NCBI GenBank assembly: GCA_964187785.1
Contig: OZ076409.1
Span: forward strand, 41,108,001 to 41,172,000
Length of the DNA: 64,000 bases
From: Amphiscolops sp. MND2022
Taxonomy: Eukaryota
Reading direction: 5' to 3'
Below, piece by piece: positions 1 through 12,850 of the stretch. The notes beneath the pieces were generated by a model that saw only the letters and a program-made list of their open reading frames with translations, did not search any database and was not told the DNA's origin. The position numbers and the translations under genes were made by a program. Every line of letters begins with the position of its first letter. Within the stretch, counting starts at the first letter, position 1.

Positions 1-777
1 AGACGCGGCAAGCCGACTACTATCATCAGCGATAATGGTACTAACTTCGTTGGATCAGCAAGAGAGTTGAAGGAGTACATCAACTCATGGAATCAAGATC
101 AAATAACGCCAGAGCTTGCTCAGAAGCACATTGTATGGAAGTTTAACCCTCCTGGCGCACCCCATTTTGGTGGTGTATGGGAGAGATTAGTTAGAAGTTG
201 CAAAAAGGCAATGGTGGCTATATTGGGTAATCGATCTCTTACAGATGAAGTTTTATTGACAACTATGTGCTTAGTGGAACAAACATTAAATGCGCGTCCT
301 ATTACTCCAGCAAGCGATGATCCTGAAGATCTTGAACCACTTACACCGAACCATTTTATTATTGGTCGAGCGAATGTTTGCATTCCCTTTATTCCAAACG
401 CAGAGGTTTATGCTAACCAAAGAAAGATGTTCAGATCAAGCCAAGCTTATGCAGACATGATTTGGAACAGATGGGTGAACGAATACCTCATTTAGAACAA
501 TGTAAGAGAACAATGGAAGGAGCCAGAGCCAAATATTCAAGTTGGAGATCTTGTTTGGCTGATAGAAGACAATGTTAGAAGGTCTCACTACAAGATGGCG
601 CGAGTCATTGAAGTATTCCCTGGAAAAGATGGTATTGTGAGATCAGCACTAATCAAAACTGTCAATGGAACCCTGAAACGACCTGTGGTTAAACTGGCAC
701 CACTTTTTGAAAAGCGTTTTCGCGCTGAAAACGGGGCCGGCATTGTTGGCGCCTCAAAATTTGTTCCGAAAAATTGA
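1..777 (+). pseudogene. BEL/Pao LTR retrotransposon pol, integrase core and C-terminus (5' end outside window), one premature stop
   Basis: Frame 1 reads RRGKPTTIISDNGTNF...WKFNPPGAPHFGGVWERLVRS...LNARPI...PLTPNHF, then TAG at 493-495, then in-frame VGDLVWL...GKDGIVRSA...KRPVVKLAPL, all typical BEL/Pao integrase motifs. Confidence 0.93.
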
Positions 778-1102
778 AGGAAAAATAAGTCGAGTTAGTC
801 AATTTTAAAATGCTGTAAAAATGTGTAGAATTGAATTCGAGTGCTAGTTTTCGCCCAATCGACATATTTTGACCCAAATGAGAGATTTAAACTATAAAAT
901 CGAAAATCGAAGCCAAAAAATTTTCAATTCCCTTCTTACGTCCCATTTTGGATTCCTTTTTCAAAGTCAGTGTATATTTGGACTTTATTCTTTGTTTATC
1001 GTATTTAACTTGATATGAACTCCATATTTGGGCTACGTGGGTGTCTCTAGGACCCATGAGGACTATTTGTCAACTTCACTGAGTATTTCAAAGCAAATAA
1101 CA
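744..1102 (+). repeat. 3' LTR of the BEL/Pao element
   Basis: Starts TGTTGG just after the purine-rich tract GAAAACGGGG, ends ...AATAACA (TGTT/AACA termini), contains TATAAAA. Confidence 0.65.
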
Positions 1103-2877
1103 TGTGTAAATGTATGCCTTAATCTTGCTTAAATGTATGCCTTTTATATATACTTTTACATATTTTGGTGTATACCTCAAGCCCAGTTAAATAGTTTGTT
1201 TCTGCTTATTCTATATGTCAAGGCGCTTGTATGGTGATGTTAAATTTAACCACAAACATCCGCCATTTGGTATTTCCTGTATGCTAAAGTAACCAGAGTT
1301 AACTCCTACTAAGACACACAGCAACCAAGTAGAGATTCAAATCAGTCGACTTTGCTACTCAAGTATTGAAGAAAGTGAAAGCTTGGAAGTTTCTCGTACA
1401 ACTAATTCAGTTAACTCTGGCTATTGAAGAGCTTTTTGGAGTTGAGCAAGTGATATTATATTGTTTCGAAGTTCCAACGTCAATTTATTATATTGCATAT
1501 GGTTGCGATATTTTTGCTTGAGAAAGTTATCGTGGACACATAGATTGGGATCGATCAATTGGTTTAGCAGATCAACAGAAGCTACTCGTCATCAGGACAG
1601 CTAAGTTGATTCCTATAGTTACAGTTTAAAGCTACTTTATGTTTGCGAAACAGAATGAGTGCAAAGTCAAAGATGCAGTAATTGCTTCACCGACTTCCGA
1701 AATTTATTCAAAGTAACGCAAGCAAAAATTCTCATTGAAATTAGTTGCGAATTACCTATTGAAGGTTCTTGATAAGTGTTTTTTGCAAGTGCCTTTCCTG
1801 GACATATCAGATATAGGAATTGTCCGCAAGTTGTCAACCAGGCCGTCGTAAAGCTTGGTAAGTGTTTCTGTTAGTTTACTTTGTAGACGCAAAAACGGAT
1901 AAAATTGCTAAAACATTGGAATTGTGCCTGTTATTCACCAACCCGCAGGCTGCTGCATCTCTTCTAGTGTGCACAATTTGTCATATTCACAAGATTTTAG
2001 AAATATAAACCCGTACTGGCACTCCACCGCAAACCCCTGGTGACCACCGGTGGAACACCAGTGACCACCGGTGGATGCAATTTTGGATAATCAGCTACAG
2101 TTTCCACCTGTGGACATCGGTGTTCCACTGACTGACACCGGTGGATTTTTTCAAAAAACATGAATTGTGAATTCCGGGAAATTCTTGAAGACGTTTTTTT
2201 TATTGTTATTATTTCATTATGGAACCCGGAGAGTATTTAAGTTTTCGAAAACTTACTTCTGCAGCAATAAAGACAACTTGCCACCGCGTGTCCGCAAGTC
2301 CGTAAGACAAGAGCTGATAGCGTAGAGGTAATTGATTTTGCAATATTTTGTACACAACATAAAAATTATTCCACCGGTGGGCCGCTGCTGGACTTCAGTG
2401 GCCCATCGGTGCGACTTCGGGGGATCATCGGTGACGACCAGGGGTGTTAAATATTGTACTGCATTATATTGTGACTCTACATTTAAAAATTGCAATTATT
2501 CTATTTCTGAAAACAATTATGTTTCACAAAAACAAATTATTGTATAGAAAAAACAATAATTGTAATTATTTTTGATTTTTCAACAATTTTTCAGCAATCA
2601 ATTCATTCCATAAATTTCGATTCGCCATCAGGAAAATCTGTGATTCAAAGTTCACTGGAGTCACTGTTTTACGACAGTCCGTTTAGACAAATCCTGCACG
2701 ACTGAAAAACAGTTCAGTAATATTGGATATCGAGGAAATCCATCCAAGTTCTAATAACCCCGGTTCACACTTTCGTCGTTTAAAGCTAATGTATTATAAG
2801 TAGGGCAACCAAAAAGGGCAAAAGAACAATAGGGGCAAAAACGGCCGATTTTCATTTCTTCATCTTTCTTCAATTAA

Positions 2878-3120
2878 GTCCTAAAAATCAAAAATTGAAA
2901 CGACAGATTATGCTTGAGGTCCTAGTGATTCGATTTCAGACACCTTTGGTTATAAACCATGAAGACAGACCTCGGGACAAATTTTTGTGTTAAAATACCC
3001 GTCACGTCCTAAAAACCAAAATTTGAAACGACAGATTATGCGTGAGGTCCTAATGATTCAATTTTAGACACCTTTAGTTCTATACCACGAGGACAGACTT
3101 CGAGACAAATTTTTGGGGTA
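2878..3120. repeat. Tandem duplication, ~128-bp unit, 2 copies
   Basis: GTCCTAAAAA.CAAAA.TTGAAACGACAGATTATGC repeated at ~2878 and ~3006. Confidence 0.85.
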
Positions 3121-3391
3121 AAAAATGAATGGCAAATCTTGCGTTTTATCCCTATATCCTTAGCTCCTGCTCACTCACGGCTCAACTACGCAAAACCACC
3201 GCTGGTACCAGGAAATACAAGTTTTGGCCGCCGCCCAGCCACCGTTATACGCCGATTTAGCCTGTTATACGCCGATTTAGCGGGTTATACGCTGAAAAGC
3301 TCTCTAATTGTCAATAAAGAGACCCGTTAAACTTGTATTTAGAAGCTCATTTCTGCGACAGAAATTGTTGAGACAAAAATTGAATATTGAG

Positions 3392-4174
3392 ATGCCACGA
3401 ATTCAGCCTTTAACAGCCTCTAAAATAGCAATACAGGAGCATTCTGTTTTGAGAATTGTTAGTAGAGAGAGTGATAAGCTCAATGTTTTATGCACCGTTT
3501 GCGTTCCTGATTTTTCGTGCTCGAAGACCAATCATGTTAAAGATCACATTGAAAGACAAATTCACCAAGCAAATGTGACTTTAAAAAAACCCAGTCCAAT
3601 TCACTTTCGATTTGGTTGATACATGGATCAAAGCTGGCATTTCTATTCATACTTTGAAAAATTCTTATCTGAAAAACTTTCTGGGGATTTTTTGCAGTAA
3701 AGTTCTCTGTACATTTACTTAATATACAACTTATTCTGACAAAGATTATGAGGAGAAATGGAAGAAATTCTTGGCAGAGTTTTCAAGTGCGGAACCTTTT
3801 TTACGTTTTGTTCAATGAAGCAGAGTACTTCGGAGAGAAATACTATGCATTTCCTGTTGGCAAACTTGAAAATTTTGCAAAAAATGTAATTGATAGATGC
3901 AACCCAAACTGGAAACCCCTTTGCAATAGTGGGTCTAGAGAAGTTTCAAGAAGTTCGTCGGAAAAATGCAGGGCTAACTCAAGCTATAAATCTCACCAAA
4001 GGAATTGGCATCAAGAGTCCTATGGATGTATCAATTTCCACATTTCCACCGGTAACGTCGGTGGATGTCGAAAGATTATTTTCAGTTTTGAAGTCTTTGG
4101 TGGAAGATCGGCCCCATATACTGGAAGAAACTATGAATCATATGATTTTCATTCGATATAATACCGATTTGTAA
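3392..4174 (+). pseudogene. Internally deleted hAT (CGGBP-like) transposase remnant
   Basis: N-terminal Zn finger LCTVC...HVKDHIERQIH (3392-3619) and C-terminal hAT dimerisation motif PVTSVDVERLFS...FIRYN (to 4174). Confidence 0.7.
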
Positions 4175-7036
4175 CAATAAAATTTTCAAAATTCGAACAG
4201 TTTTCACGCCGAAAGTTCACGCCGAATTTTAGGGTTATATGCCGGAAATCGGCGCCGAAAACGCGATTTTCGTGCCGAAAATTGTATTTCTTGGCTGCTA
4301 CACAAAGCTTGCCTCCTATTGGTTTATATTTACGCTGCAAGTTCGACGTTGCTTGCGTGGTTGCTTGCTCGCCTACAAGCTTGCTTGCTCGCCTGCATGC
4401 TTGCTTAATTTGGTGTTAATTGACAGTCAGTGCAGTGCCTAGAGTTTTAGAGAATGAGTCAGTACACTCCACAATTATTGGGCAGTGGAAACAATTAATT
4501 GTAGTTAAAAACAATTATTGTTACATAGAGTTCTGGAACAGTCAATAATTTAATTTATTTTAATACAAAATTTTTTTAACACACCCCTGAAGACAGCCGG
4601 TGGACTGCGATTGGTTTCCAACCCGGGAACCCTCTTTCGGTTAATTAATTTTGATGATTAGAATTAGCGAATTCTCTGAAGAATTTTCTTTATATCAGAG
4701 CACCATATTAGAACGTTTTTGCCCTATACGGTTTTCAGAAGCCAGACAGGCGGTGGTCCTGATTTTTTTCTAAATGACTGTTATTTCAACAGTTACAGGA
4801 TGGGATACACTGGAGGGAATTTATGAAAAACGGGATCGCACCTCGGGACATTTTTTTCAGCATATGAGGCCTGTGCCGGGCGAAAAAACACTATCCTTCC
4901 GACCCTTTTTTGTTCTCAATGACAGGCTCGGGCATTTGTAAAGGTTTTTGTTCTTAGCTTCTGAGATAAGTTCATAGTCTTTTTTTTCAGATCCTTATCG
5001 ATTCTTCAATCGGTTACATCGATTTTTTTGAATGTTTCGACTTTTTCAGACGTTATCGCACTTTCAGACTAGATTCCCAGCGGTTTTTCAAACTTTATTT
5101 CTTTCATTTTTGTCGCGCCTGTTCGGGTTGCTCTCGAGTTGCAAGTTAAGCAACAGCTCTGATCAAACAAATTTTGTGTTGAACGAGGAGAACATGCGTT
5201 TCGTAGTAAAATTCGTAGTACGCGGTTTACGATTGATACGATCATGTTACTGTTTTACTGATAGACATTTTAGTGCTGTGAAAGTATCTTTAATCACATT
5301 TGAAAATTGTCAAAAAACTTTTTAAAAAGGATTCTTAGATTCAGTAAGGAAGGTACAATTTTGTTTTCGTCAAAAGAAATTGGTTAGATCTATTGTGACA
5401 ATAGAACAGATTAAGAACTTGTATAGGAGAAATCGCCAAGCCAACCTGAATCAAATTCGAGCAATCAAAAGCATGCTAAAAGACATGCCGTCTAAGATAA
5501 TCATTATAATATATTACGTTTGAACAGATAATCAGTTCAACCTTTGTCAAAAACAGGATCACAGTCTCATACATCCTCTCTTCCACAACTTTCGCCAAAC
5601 TGGCTCAAATTTTTGGAAAATTCAAGCTGAAACAGCAAGTAAGTTTCTCTCAAAAATCTCAATGAATGATCAGTCAACATTTGCTCAGTGAAATGAGGTT
5701 GATGCTAAAAAAAATCAGCGACAGTCCGGGGCAAATATTGATCCGGAAATACAGAAGCAAGTGTTTCTTGGATTGGCGGTGTATATAAAAGGGCCTGTCT
5801 TTTAGTGATAGTGGTATAGAGCAATCTAGAAAGATAACCGAACCTGAATCAGAAGCAATAGTCGTTTACTAGAATACAAGAACTCAATGGTGCGACCAAG
5901 AAAAAATTTGCTGGAGCACGTTTGTGACCTCAGCTTCATCTGTTTAATAAGTTACAATAGTTTTATCGATAGAAACTTCAAGACACTTGGAATTTGGTTG
6001 CTTCAATGTTGATGTAAGTAATGGAAAAATTGACTCGACATTGGGAACCTGCTGCAGAAAGATTTTTTGTTGTACATATTTCGACGCATAACCCTACACT
6101 TTTTGAAAAGAGCGGCATTGACTGCTAACCGCACTTAAGACTTGCAAGACCTGGAATCCGCTGTTTTACAAGACGGCTTTCAAAGACACATTTTATAACA
6201 AGTGCAGCGGAATCCGCAAGCTTTTTTGCTAGATTCCGGGGACAAATCTCTTTACATTAAAGTTGTAGTGGATTCCGGAGGCAAATCTTATTATATTAGA
6301 CAGCAGTGGATTCCGCAGTCACTGTACCGGAATCCGGGGTTATATAATAACACACAGCATGAAAATAAAAACAGCGGATTCCAGAGACAAGCTTTCATAA
6401 AAAAGAAGGAAAGACATCGGAATCTGCTGCTGCGACAGCGTATTTCGCAGTCGCAGCAGTGGATTCCACTGTTGTGCAAGCGAATTCCGCAGTTTTTAAC
6501 AACCGCTGTTTTTAACAGCGCATTCCACTGCAAGATACTGCAAAATCAGCACCAAATCATGTTCAATCAACACTTACAACTCGTTTTCTGTTTTAGGACC
6601 CTATATATTCGTTCTTGGTCATCACCCACCAGCACACATCAATGAAACGTCGATGCAACACACACAATTTGGATTTCAACGGAGTTTTTGCTTAATGTTG
6701 GCTGGTACACAGAAACGTAGCGAAAAGCAGCAGTTGCGACTATTCAAAATCCTGTGGAGTACTCATTCAAAGATACACTCAAAAAGACCAACAGACGCTG
6801 CGGGAGTCCCTCAAACTGTTAAATAAGACGAAATCGCGAGGCAATAGCAATGAGATTGAATAAGAACGAGTTTGAAAAACAAAACACTCCTGGATTCTGG
6901 TCGCCAGTTTCCATTCAAAAACAATGTTTGCGATCCAAGGTCCAATGATGTCCATGAAAACTTGGTTCAAAATCGGGAAAAACGCCCAAGAATAGAACTC
7001 GTGGGTTTTCAGGAGAAAGGCAAATTATTTAATTTT

Positions 7037-7240
7037 TAGTTGAATCAATTTGAGTCAATTTGTGTCAAATGTTTTGTAATGAAGTTAATATATGTGTATA
7101 TTATCAATGAAATAATTTTTATTCAAAGCAACATTTTAGTTCTTAGTTGAATCAATTTTTGTCAATTTGTGTCAAATGTGTTGTAATTAGGTTAATATGT
7201 GTTTATCTTATCAATTGAATATTTTTTTTTCAAGAGCAAA
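7037..7240. repeat. Tandem duplication, ~105-bp unit, 2 copies
   Basis: TTAGTTGAATCAATTT..GTCAATTTGTGTCAAATG at ~7037 and ~7143. Confidence 0.8.
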
Positions 7241-8620
7241 ATGATTGAGGTAGTTCGAAGTATATAGCATTCGAAGATCAAAACTCGTGATCGTTCCAAA
7301 CGAGAAATTTGCAAAAACCCAAACTTCCTAAGTTATATTGAAGTACTTTGGGGTTTTCAGTTTTCCCCCAACCACTAAAATTTCTTCGGAAATAAATACG
7401 TTCGAATTATCTGTTTTTTTTGAGACTCAAAACTGGATGCTGTTGATTTCTCTATCAGGAATTTGTGACTTCATAAGGAAAAAAGTGTGAGCAAAGTTTG
7501 CATCTGTATTCTAAACTATCACCTAGAAATAAAAATCTAAACTTGAGGGTTTCTGCTTTGCCTTCAAGTCTTTTTGTTAAAAGATTCCACCAAAATTGGT
7601 GGTGGGGGAGAAAAGAGCTTTTATTTAGTCACTATCTAGTTGTCAATAAAGCAAAAGCAATTTCAAGAAGCGTGTTCAACTCTTTGTGTTTGAGAGAAGA
7701 CATTGTTGAGGCCTACACTTGTTTAAAATTCTGAACTAAAATTTGTTCGGTAGAATATACGTTACATATTACATAATGTCATATATTATACGTATCTCTT
7801 TTACGTATCTATTACACATATCTATTATATTTGTATAAGTTGTATTAAATCTTGTATATATAGTCAAAAAGTGTGTCGGTAACTATAGCGACGCGCCGAC
7901 CACCTTAAGCGCGCAGGCGCCAATCTCACTCTTCCCTGTGTTTGAGAGAACGATGCATTGCTCTCATGTCTGAAATTGCACGACCACAGAATAAAATAAA
8001 CAAACCGTTTTGTCAGTATGTGATTAGTTACGACTAAAACAAGTTAAGCTCTACCCTTTACAGTTCACCTGCCTGCGCCTATTGGATTATTCTCGTTTGA
8101 AGCCATTTGAAAAATCTTAATTGAAAGTCATTCTCTAGTCTTGGTCATTGAAAGTCAAATCTTAGTTGAAGAAATCTTATTCTCCAAGTCTATTTAATCA
8201 TACTCTTCTTTTTATTCTAATCAAGGTGAGTAACATCTAAGTTTGTCAGCTTAATCGGCAGGCTCAAGATTGGGCTTATTTAAGGGAATCTCTGTATAAG
8301 ATAAAATAGCTGCATTTAGAACAAGATCGGGTTCTTTTAAGGGAATCTCTATATTTAAAATAATTTTATAAGACACAAGTTGATGTTATATATAACTTTG
8401 AATCGGGAAAGTAGGCCGAATACAAAAAGCTCGATACAAAAAAAACGTTTCAATCATAGATGTACTTTCAGGTAGCTTCAAGTAAAGAAATTAACGTTAA
8501 CTCTATCATTTCTGACGTTTTGATTCAAAACAAAAATTAAAACGAGTATGTTCCATCTGAACAAACACTTGATGAGTTACTAAATGAGTATTTTAAAATT
8601 TCAGGTCTACAAGCAAAGAT

Positions 8621-9578
8621 TTATTCGGTAAAGAGTTCTTGGGCTGTCCTATCACTATAATCGAAACGTAGTTGCTCGAAGGGTTCTATCTGTCGTCTAG
8701 CCTTCATTACTACGACTCTCATAGGGGATCTGTATGGACCAGGTGGGTGCTAGTTGACTTCATGCTGGCTTCTTTGTTGTCAGCGTTGTTTCTTCTCTGG
8801 GTTGCGTGGTTGGCTAAACGACCCATACACAAATTCTTTGGATGATCCACACAAATCTCGGAACTTGCATCTATAAGTCGCTTTGGTGGACCTGCAACTT
8901 CCATGACAAACTCGATCGTGACGCCGGGTTGTTGCACGTACTTCTCAAACCTCTGGCCGGTAATGAATTTCCCCTCGGTAGTCTAGATGTATTGTGTCTT
9001 TCTCCAAATTTTCAAGACTGACAATGCCTCGACCAAGTTTGATGAACTGGGTATCGCAAAGTCACTCCCAACTTTGGTTATAATTCGATCTTTCAAACCT
9101 ATCTGGTTTTCGTATGCCAACCTGTCTCCGCTGCCGATGATGGCATTGAAATGCGGCCTGCAATTATTGGATCGTGGTGATGCGCACTTCAACTGTTCAA
9201 AACACAAAGCATTCAAACTCTATAAATTCTTCTAACAACCATCGATCGCTTAGCATGGGGCAGCTAGAAAATTCTGCAGGCTCCACATAGATTGTGGTTC
9301 CTGCTGCTAGTGCTGTTTCGTCTTCTGTCTTCTCTTGCGAGGAAGAGATGGCCTTTGTAACAGCATCCACTGTCAGCTATTTAACACTTTTATCCATCAT
9401 TGGTGGTGCTGCATGCTTTGATAGGAAACACGCCACAGCACGAAAGAACATTGTTCTCTGCTAATATGTCAGAGCTTCCCTCTTCTCGTACTGCTGTACA
9501 ACGTCCCTGATGGCTATCTCAAGTTCTTCTCCAGTGGTCTCGCCGCACGTAGCCCTGACAGAAGTCTTCGATGTTCTC
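8621..9578 (-). pseudogene. SETD8/PR-Set7 (KMT5A)-like SET-domain gene, frameshifted
   Basis: Joined across two frameshifts: LGRGIVSLENLEKDTIHLDYRG / ...RLIDASSE...MGRLANHA... / MRVVVMKARRQIEPFEQLRFDYSDRTAQELFTE*; matches SET motifs GxG, YxG, GRLxNH and ELxYDYGDR, with no post-SET cysteines. Confidence 0.8.
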
Positions 9579-9879
9579 TAAATGAATACAAATTTCAAAG
9601 TCAAGTTCAAACATTAGAATGAAAGTCAAACAATATTTATTTCAACAAGTTCAATTACAAATTCAACTGCAAAATACTTTTCAAATTCTACTATTAATTG
9701 AAGCTACTATTTGATATTTGATGTTTGAAAATCATTTGACAATTAAATCCTAGGAAACATGAAGTGTTGTTTTCGAAGTTTCCGCATACTTTATTCCATC
9801 GTGCAAACAGTTTGGGATGTGTGACATGATCCGTCTTTTCTTGAAAGTGAAGGCCGAAATAAAAAAAACTCCCCGACAG

Positions 9880-11660
9880 CTCAGCCAAGGCGGCAGTTGG
9901 ATATTTTCCCGAGGTATGGTACAGAAAACTGACCACGCAATGTATTAAGGTTTGTCTGCGGATTCCGCTGTACATGTATTAACATTTGTCTCGCTAACAG
10001 CGCAATTCACTGTTTTATGCTACTAAGCAGATTTGGATACTTTTTCGAGGAGTAGGACAGGAAACTGAAAACGCAATCTAATACGATTTGTCTGCGGATT
10101 CCGCAAATATGTATTAACATTTGTCCCTAAATACTGCACTGCATTTTTAGAAGACATTACTATGGGACATAAAACAGCGGATTTCACTGTTATAAAGAAT
10201 AAAACTGCTTTGCTGCTCCATGTCGTTCTAGTCGGTGAAAATCTCCTGCTTCAGTTTGAAGGTTCCAATTGAAATTTGAAAACATACCTGTGGAGTATCA
10301 ATAGTTGTAGAGCTGCCTGACTTTTCTGGCTTTCTTCAAGTTGGTCAGTCGGCGAAGCTTCAAGGGGAGGAAGAAAAATCTCCGGCGAAAATTCAGGTGG
10401 TGAAAGAACGTCACCATGCATGGCGTGTTGAAGTTCGCGCGAAATTCAATCCGTGTTGAGCCATTGCGTTGGTTTCAATCAAAATTTGTCTGGTGTGAAT
10501 ATTGGCGAACTGCAACAGGACTCCTTCCGGAAGGGGGTTGTCAAATAATCATACGATCGGGAGAGAGGGGTTAATATTGCAACTGGATGATGAGGTAGTG
10601 TAAATGTAATCGTGTCGGTTTGTTGTTGCACTGGCGTTGAGGTAACTAGTTGAGGAGATTGAAGTTCTGTCAAGTTTCCTAGATCTTTCAATGGTTGTCG
10701 CTGAATTTGATGAGTTTGCAGAGACATTGTAGATTCCTTCGTGAAAAAAAAGCTCTACAATCGACTGATTACTAGTAGAGCAACTTTATGTTATGAATGG
10801 CATTATGATATTACTTTACTGAAACTGCTAAGTACTAAACTGATAATTACTATCATGGTAATTTAACTCTTCCACTTTGGCAAATTACTAAACGCCTCAT
10901 CAGACGCTGCCAAAAGGAAATAATAATGATTATGTATTAATATTGATTATAATTCTATAATTATTGCTATTATAATTTTTGACAGCGCGTGCTGCGGTTT
11001 TTAATCATTTGGAAGTGTTAAAACCACACATCATTTATCATTTGAATCAAGTAATCAGAACTTGATTCGTTGTTCGTCCTTTGTTCCGAAGGAAGGTCCG
11101 ACAAGGTTTCAACAGGACTTGAAAGATGACCGCGTGAAACACAAGTACCTCGGATTGGCCGGCTGACATTTACGGCATGAACAAAACCCTATGTAAAATA
11201 ATTATACACAATCTATGTTACACAAACTAGAACAACATGGAGAACCAAACCTTTTTTTCCTCATAACAGCGGAATGGTTTATATTCCGTATTATTGTCAT
11301 CAAAAAAGCAGTGCGGACCTTAGGGAAAAATGTTAAAACATGTACAACAGAATCCGCACACAAATGTTGATACATTGCGATTTCAGTTTGGTGTACCAAA
11401 CCTCAGGAAATAATCCAAATCTGCTTAGTGGCATGAAACAGCATTCAGCAGTTGGCGAGAGTGTTGCGCCCTATAACAGCGAACCCGCTGTTTTATATTT
11501 CATACTGTTGCCTGCCATAAAAGCAGTGTGGAATTTAGGGCAAATGGTAATACATACATGTACAGCGGAATCCGCAGACAAATGTGAAAACATTGCGTTT
11601 TCAATTTCTTGTACCATACCTCATGAAAAATTTCAAATCTGCTCAGTGCATAAAACTGTG
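9880..11660. repeat. Inner inverted repeat pair, two ~130-bp units per side
   Basis: TTTGTCTGCGGATTCCGC..ATGTATTAACATTTG at ~9950 and ~10087; reverse complements at ~11325-11440 and ~11535-11655. Confidence 0.8.
10288..10727 (-). pseudogene. Ser/Thr-Pro-rich coding exon with D-box-like motif, possibly the 5' exon of the SETD8-like gene
   Basis: ATG at 10727, RQPLKDLGN (RxxLxxxxN), several SP/TP sites, coding-like continuation to an AG|GTATGT donor near 10288. Confidence 0.35.
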
Positions 11661-12406
11661 TTTAAGAATTTGTTCTTTTTTAAAACCCTGTCTTGAAAAG
11701 GAACTTTTGAAACCAGTAATTTTAAATTTCCCACCCTGAAATCTAAATTAACTAGAATCCAAGTAGAACCCATAAGATTCTATACGTGTCTTTGTGTCTA
11801 TATTGTCCTATAAAGGTCTTCAAGTGTCTATAAGCGTCTATTGAAGCTTTTGTGGTCCGTCCCTCCGAGGGACTTGGGAGTCGTCGCAGGATGCTTGAGG
11901 CAGTCGCAGGGGGCTTGGGAGCAGTCGCCATCATGGTGAAGTACATTGCCCAAGTAAAAACTTGTCCGGGAGATAACCGGAAAACGGAACTCATTCCGGT
12001 GACCCAGAGAACGGGGAACGAAACTGACACCCATAGAAATTTCAGTTAGAGTTTAAAACTTACATCTAACGAGACTACAGTACGGTAAGGCGAGGCGATC
12101 TCTAGATTTTGCAGTTTGTGCAGTGCAATCAAATCAAATAGAGTAAATATCACGTAACGATTGTACATCTGCCATACTAATTTGTGCATTGTGTCATGAT
12201 TACATGTAAGACTGATGCATAGCTCTGGAAGTTGGAAAAGTATCAGTACGCGCGGCATGTAAGACTGCTGCTTACTTCTGGAATTAGGAAAGTTATCAAT
12301 AATCTCTTGTAAACTAAGACCAAATACTATTGCAGAATTATTGAGCAACCTCTGCATTCATGAGCAAGATTGAAGGAAATTGTATCAATCCTAAAAACTT
12401 AACTGT

Positions 12407-12850
12407 TTGAAGGATCTCACTGGAAAAATTTCGCTATTTCAATGCCCCACGTGCCAACTAACTTTCTTAAACAAGGGTAATCTGACCCGGCACGTTAACC
12501 AGATTTACGGTAAGAGAGAGCAGGAGCGCGGAACAAGAATGAAGTGCATGTTTTGTGGCTCTCTTACAGATGGCTCATTCTTCAAGGACGTGCAGCAGAC
12601 TGCTGATCTTGTGCTGACACTCCGATGCTGGAATGCTCGAAATGCCCTGACAGCGGATGTTCGAGCAACCTTACTTGAGCCCACACGAGAAAACTTTGTT
12701 CTCGTAAGAGACACTTACCCGGGGTGCAGGAAGGCCTTCTCTGCAGAAGCGAGGACGAGGAAGTTCTTCGATCAACCGCCTATATCTAAGACGATTAAAC
12801 GAGAAGTCAGTGCGACATCGACATCAACACCGCGGTGGCCGGTAATTTAA
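12407..12850 (+). pseudogene. C2H2 zinc-finger-containing fragment
   Basis: FQCPTCQLTFLNKGNLTRHVNQIY with the second His replaced by Tyr, plus a second CxxC (CMFC). Confidence 0.55.

Larger units (their letters stand above)
2439..4589. mobile_element. Non-autonomous hAT-like element
   Basis: Ends CAGGGGTGTTAA and TTAACACACCCCTG are inverted, with ACAATTATT-type subterminal repeats at both ends and transposase remnants inside; no clean TSD. Confidence 0.45.

Noticed and set aside
1105..1623. Possible second solo LTR (TGTAA...TTACA)
   Set aside because: No TSD, partner LTR or PBS; too weak to call
7778..8400. LTR-like segment with AATAAA and a short duplication
   Set aside because: Termini, PBS and TSD could not be defined
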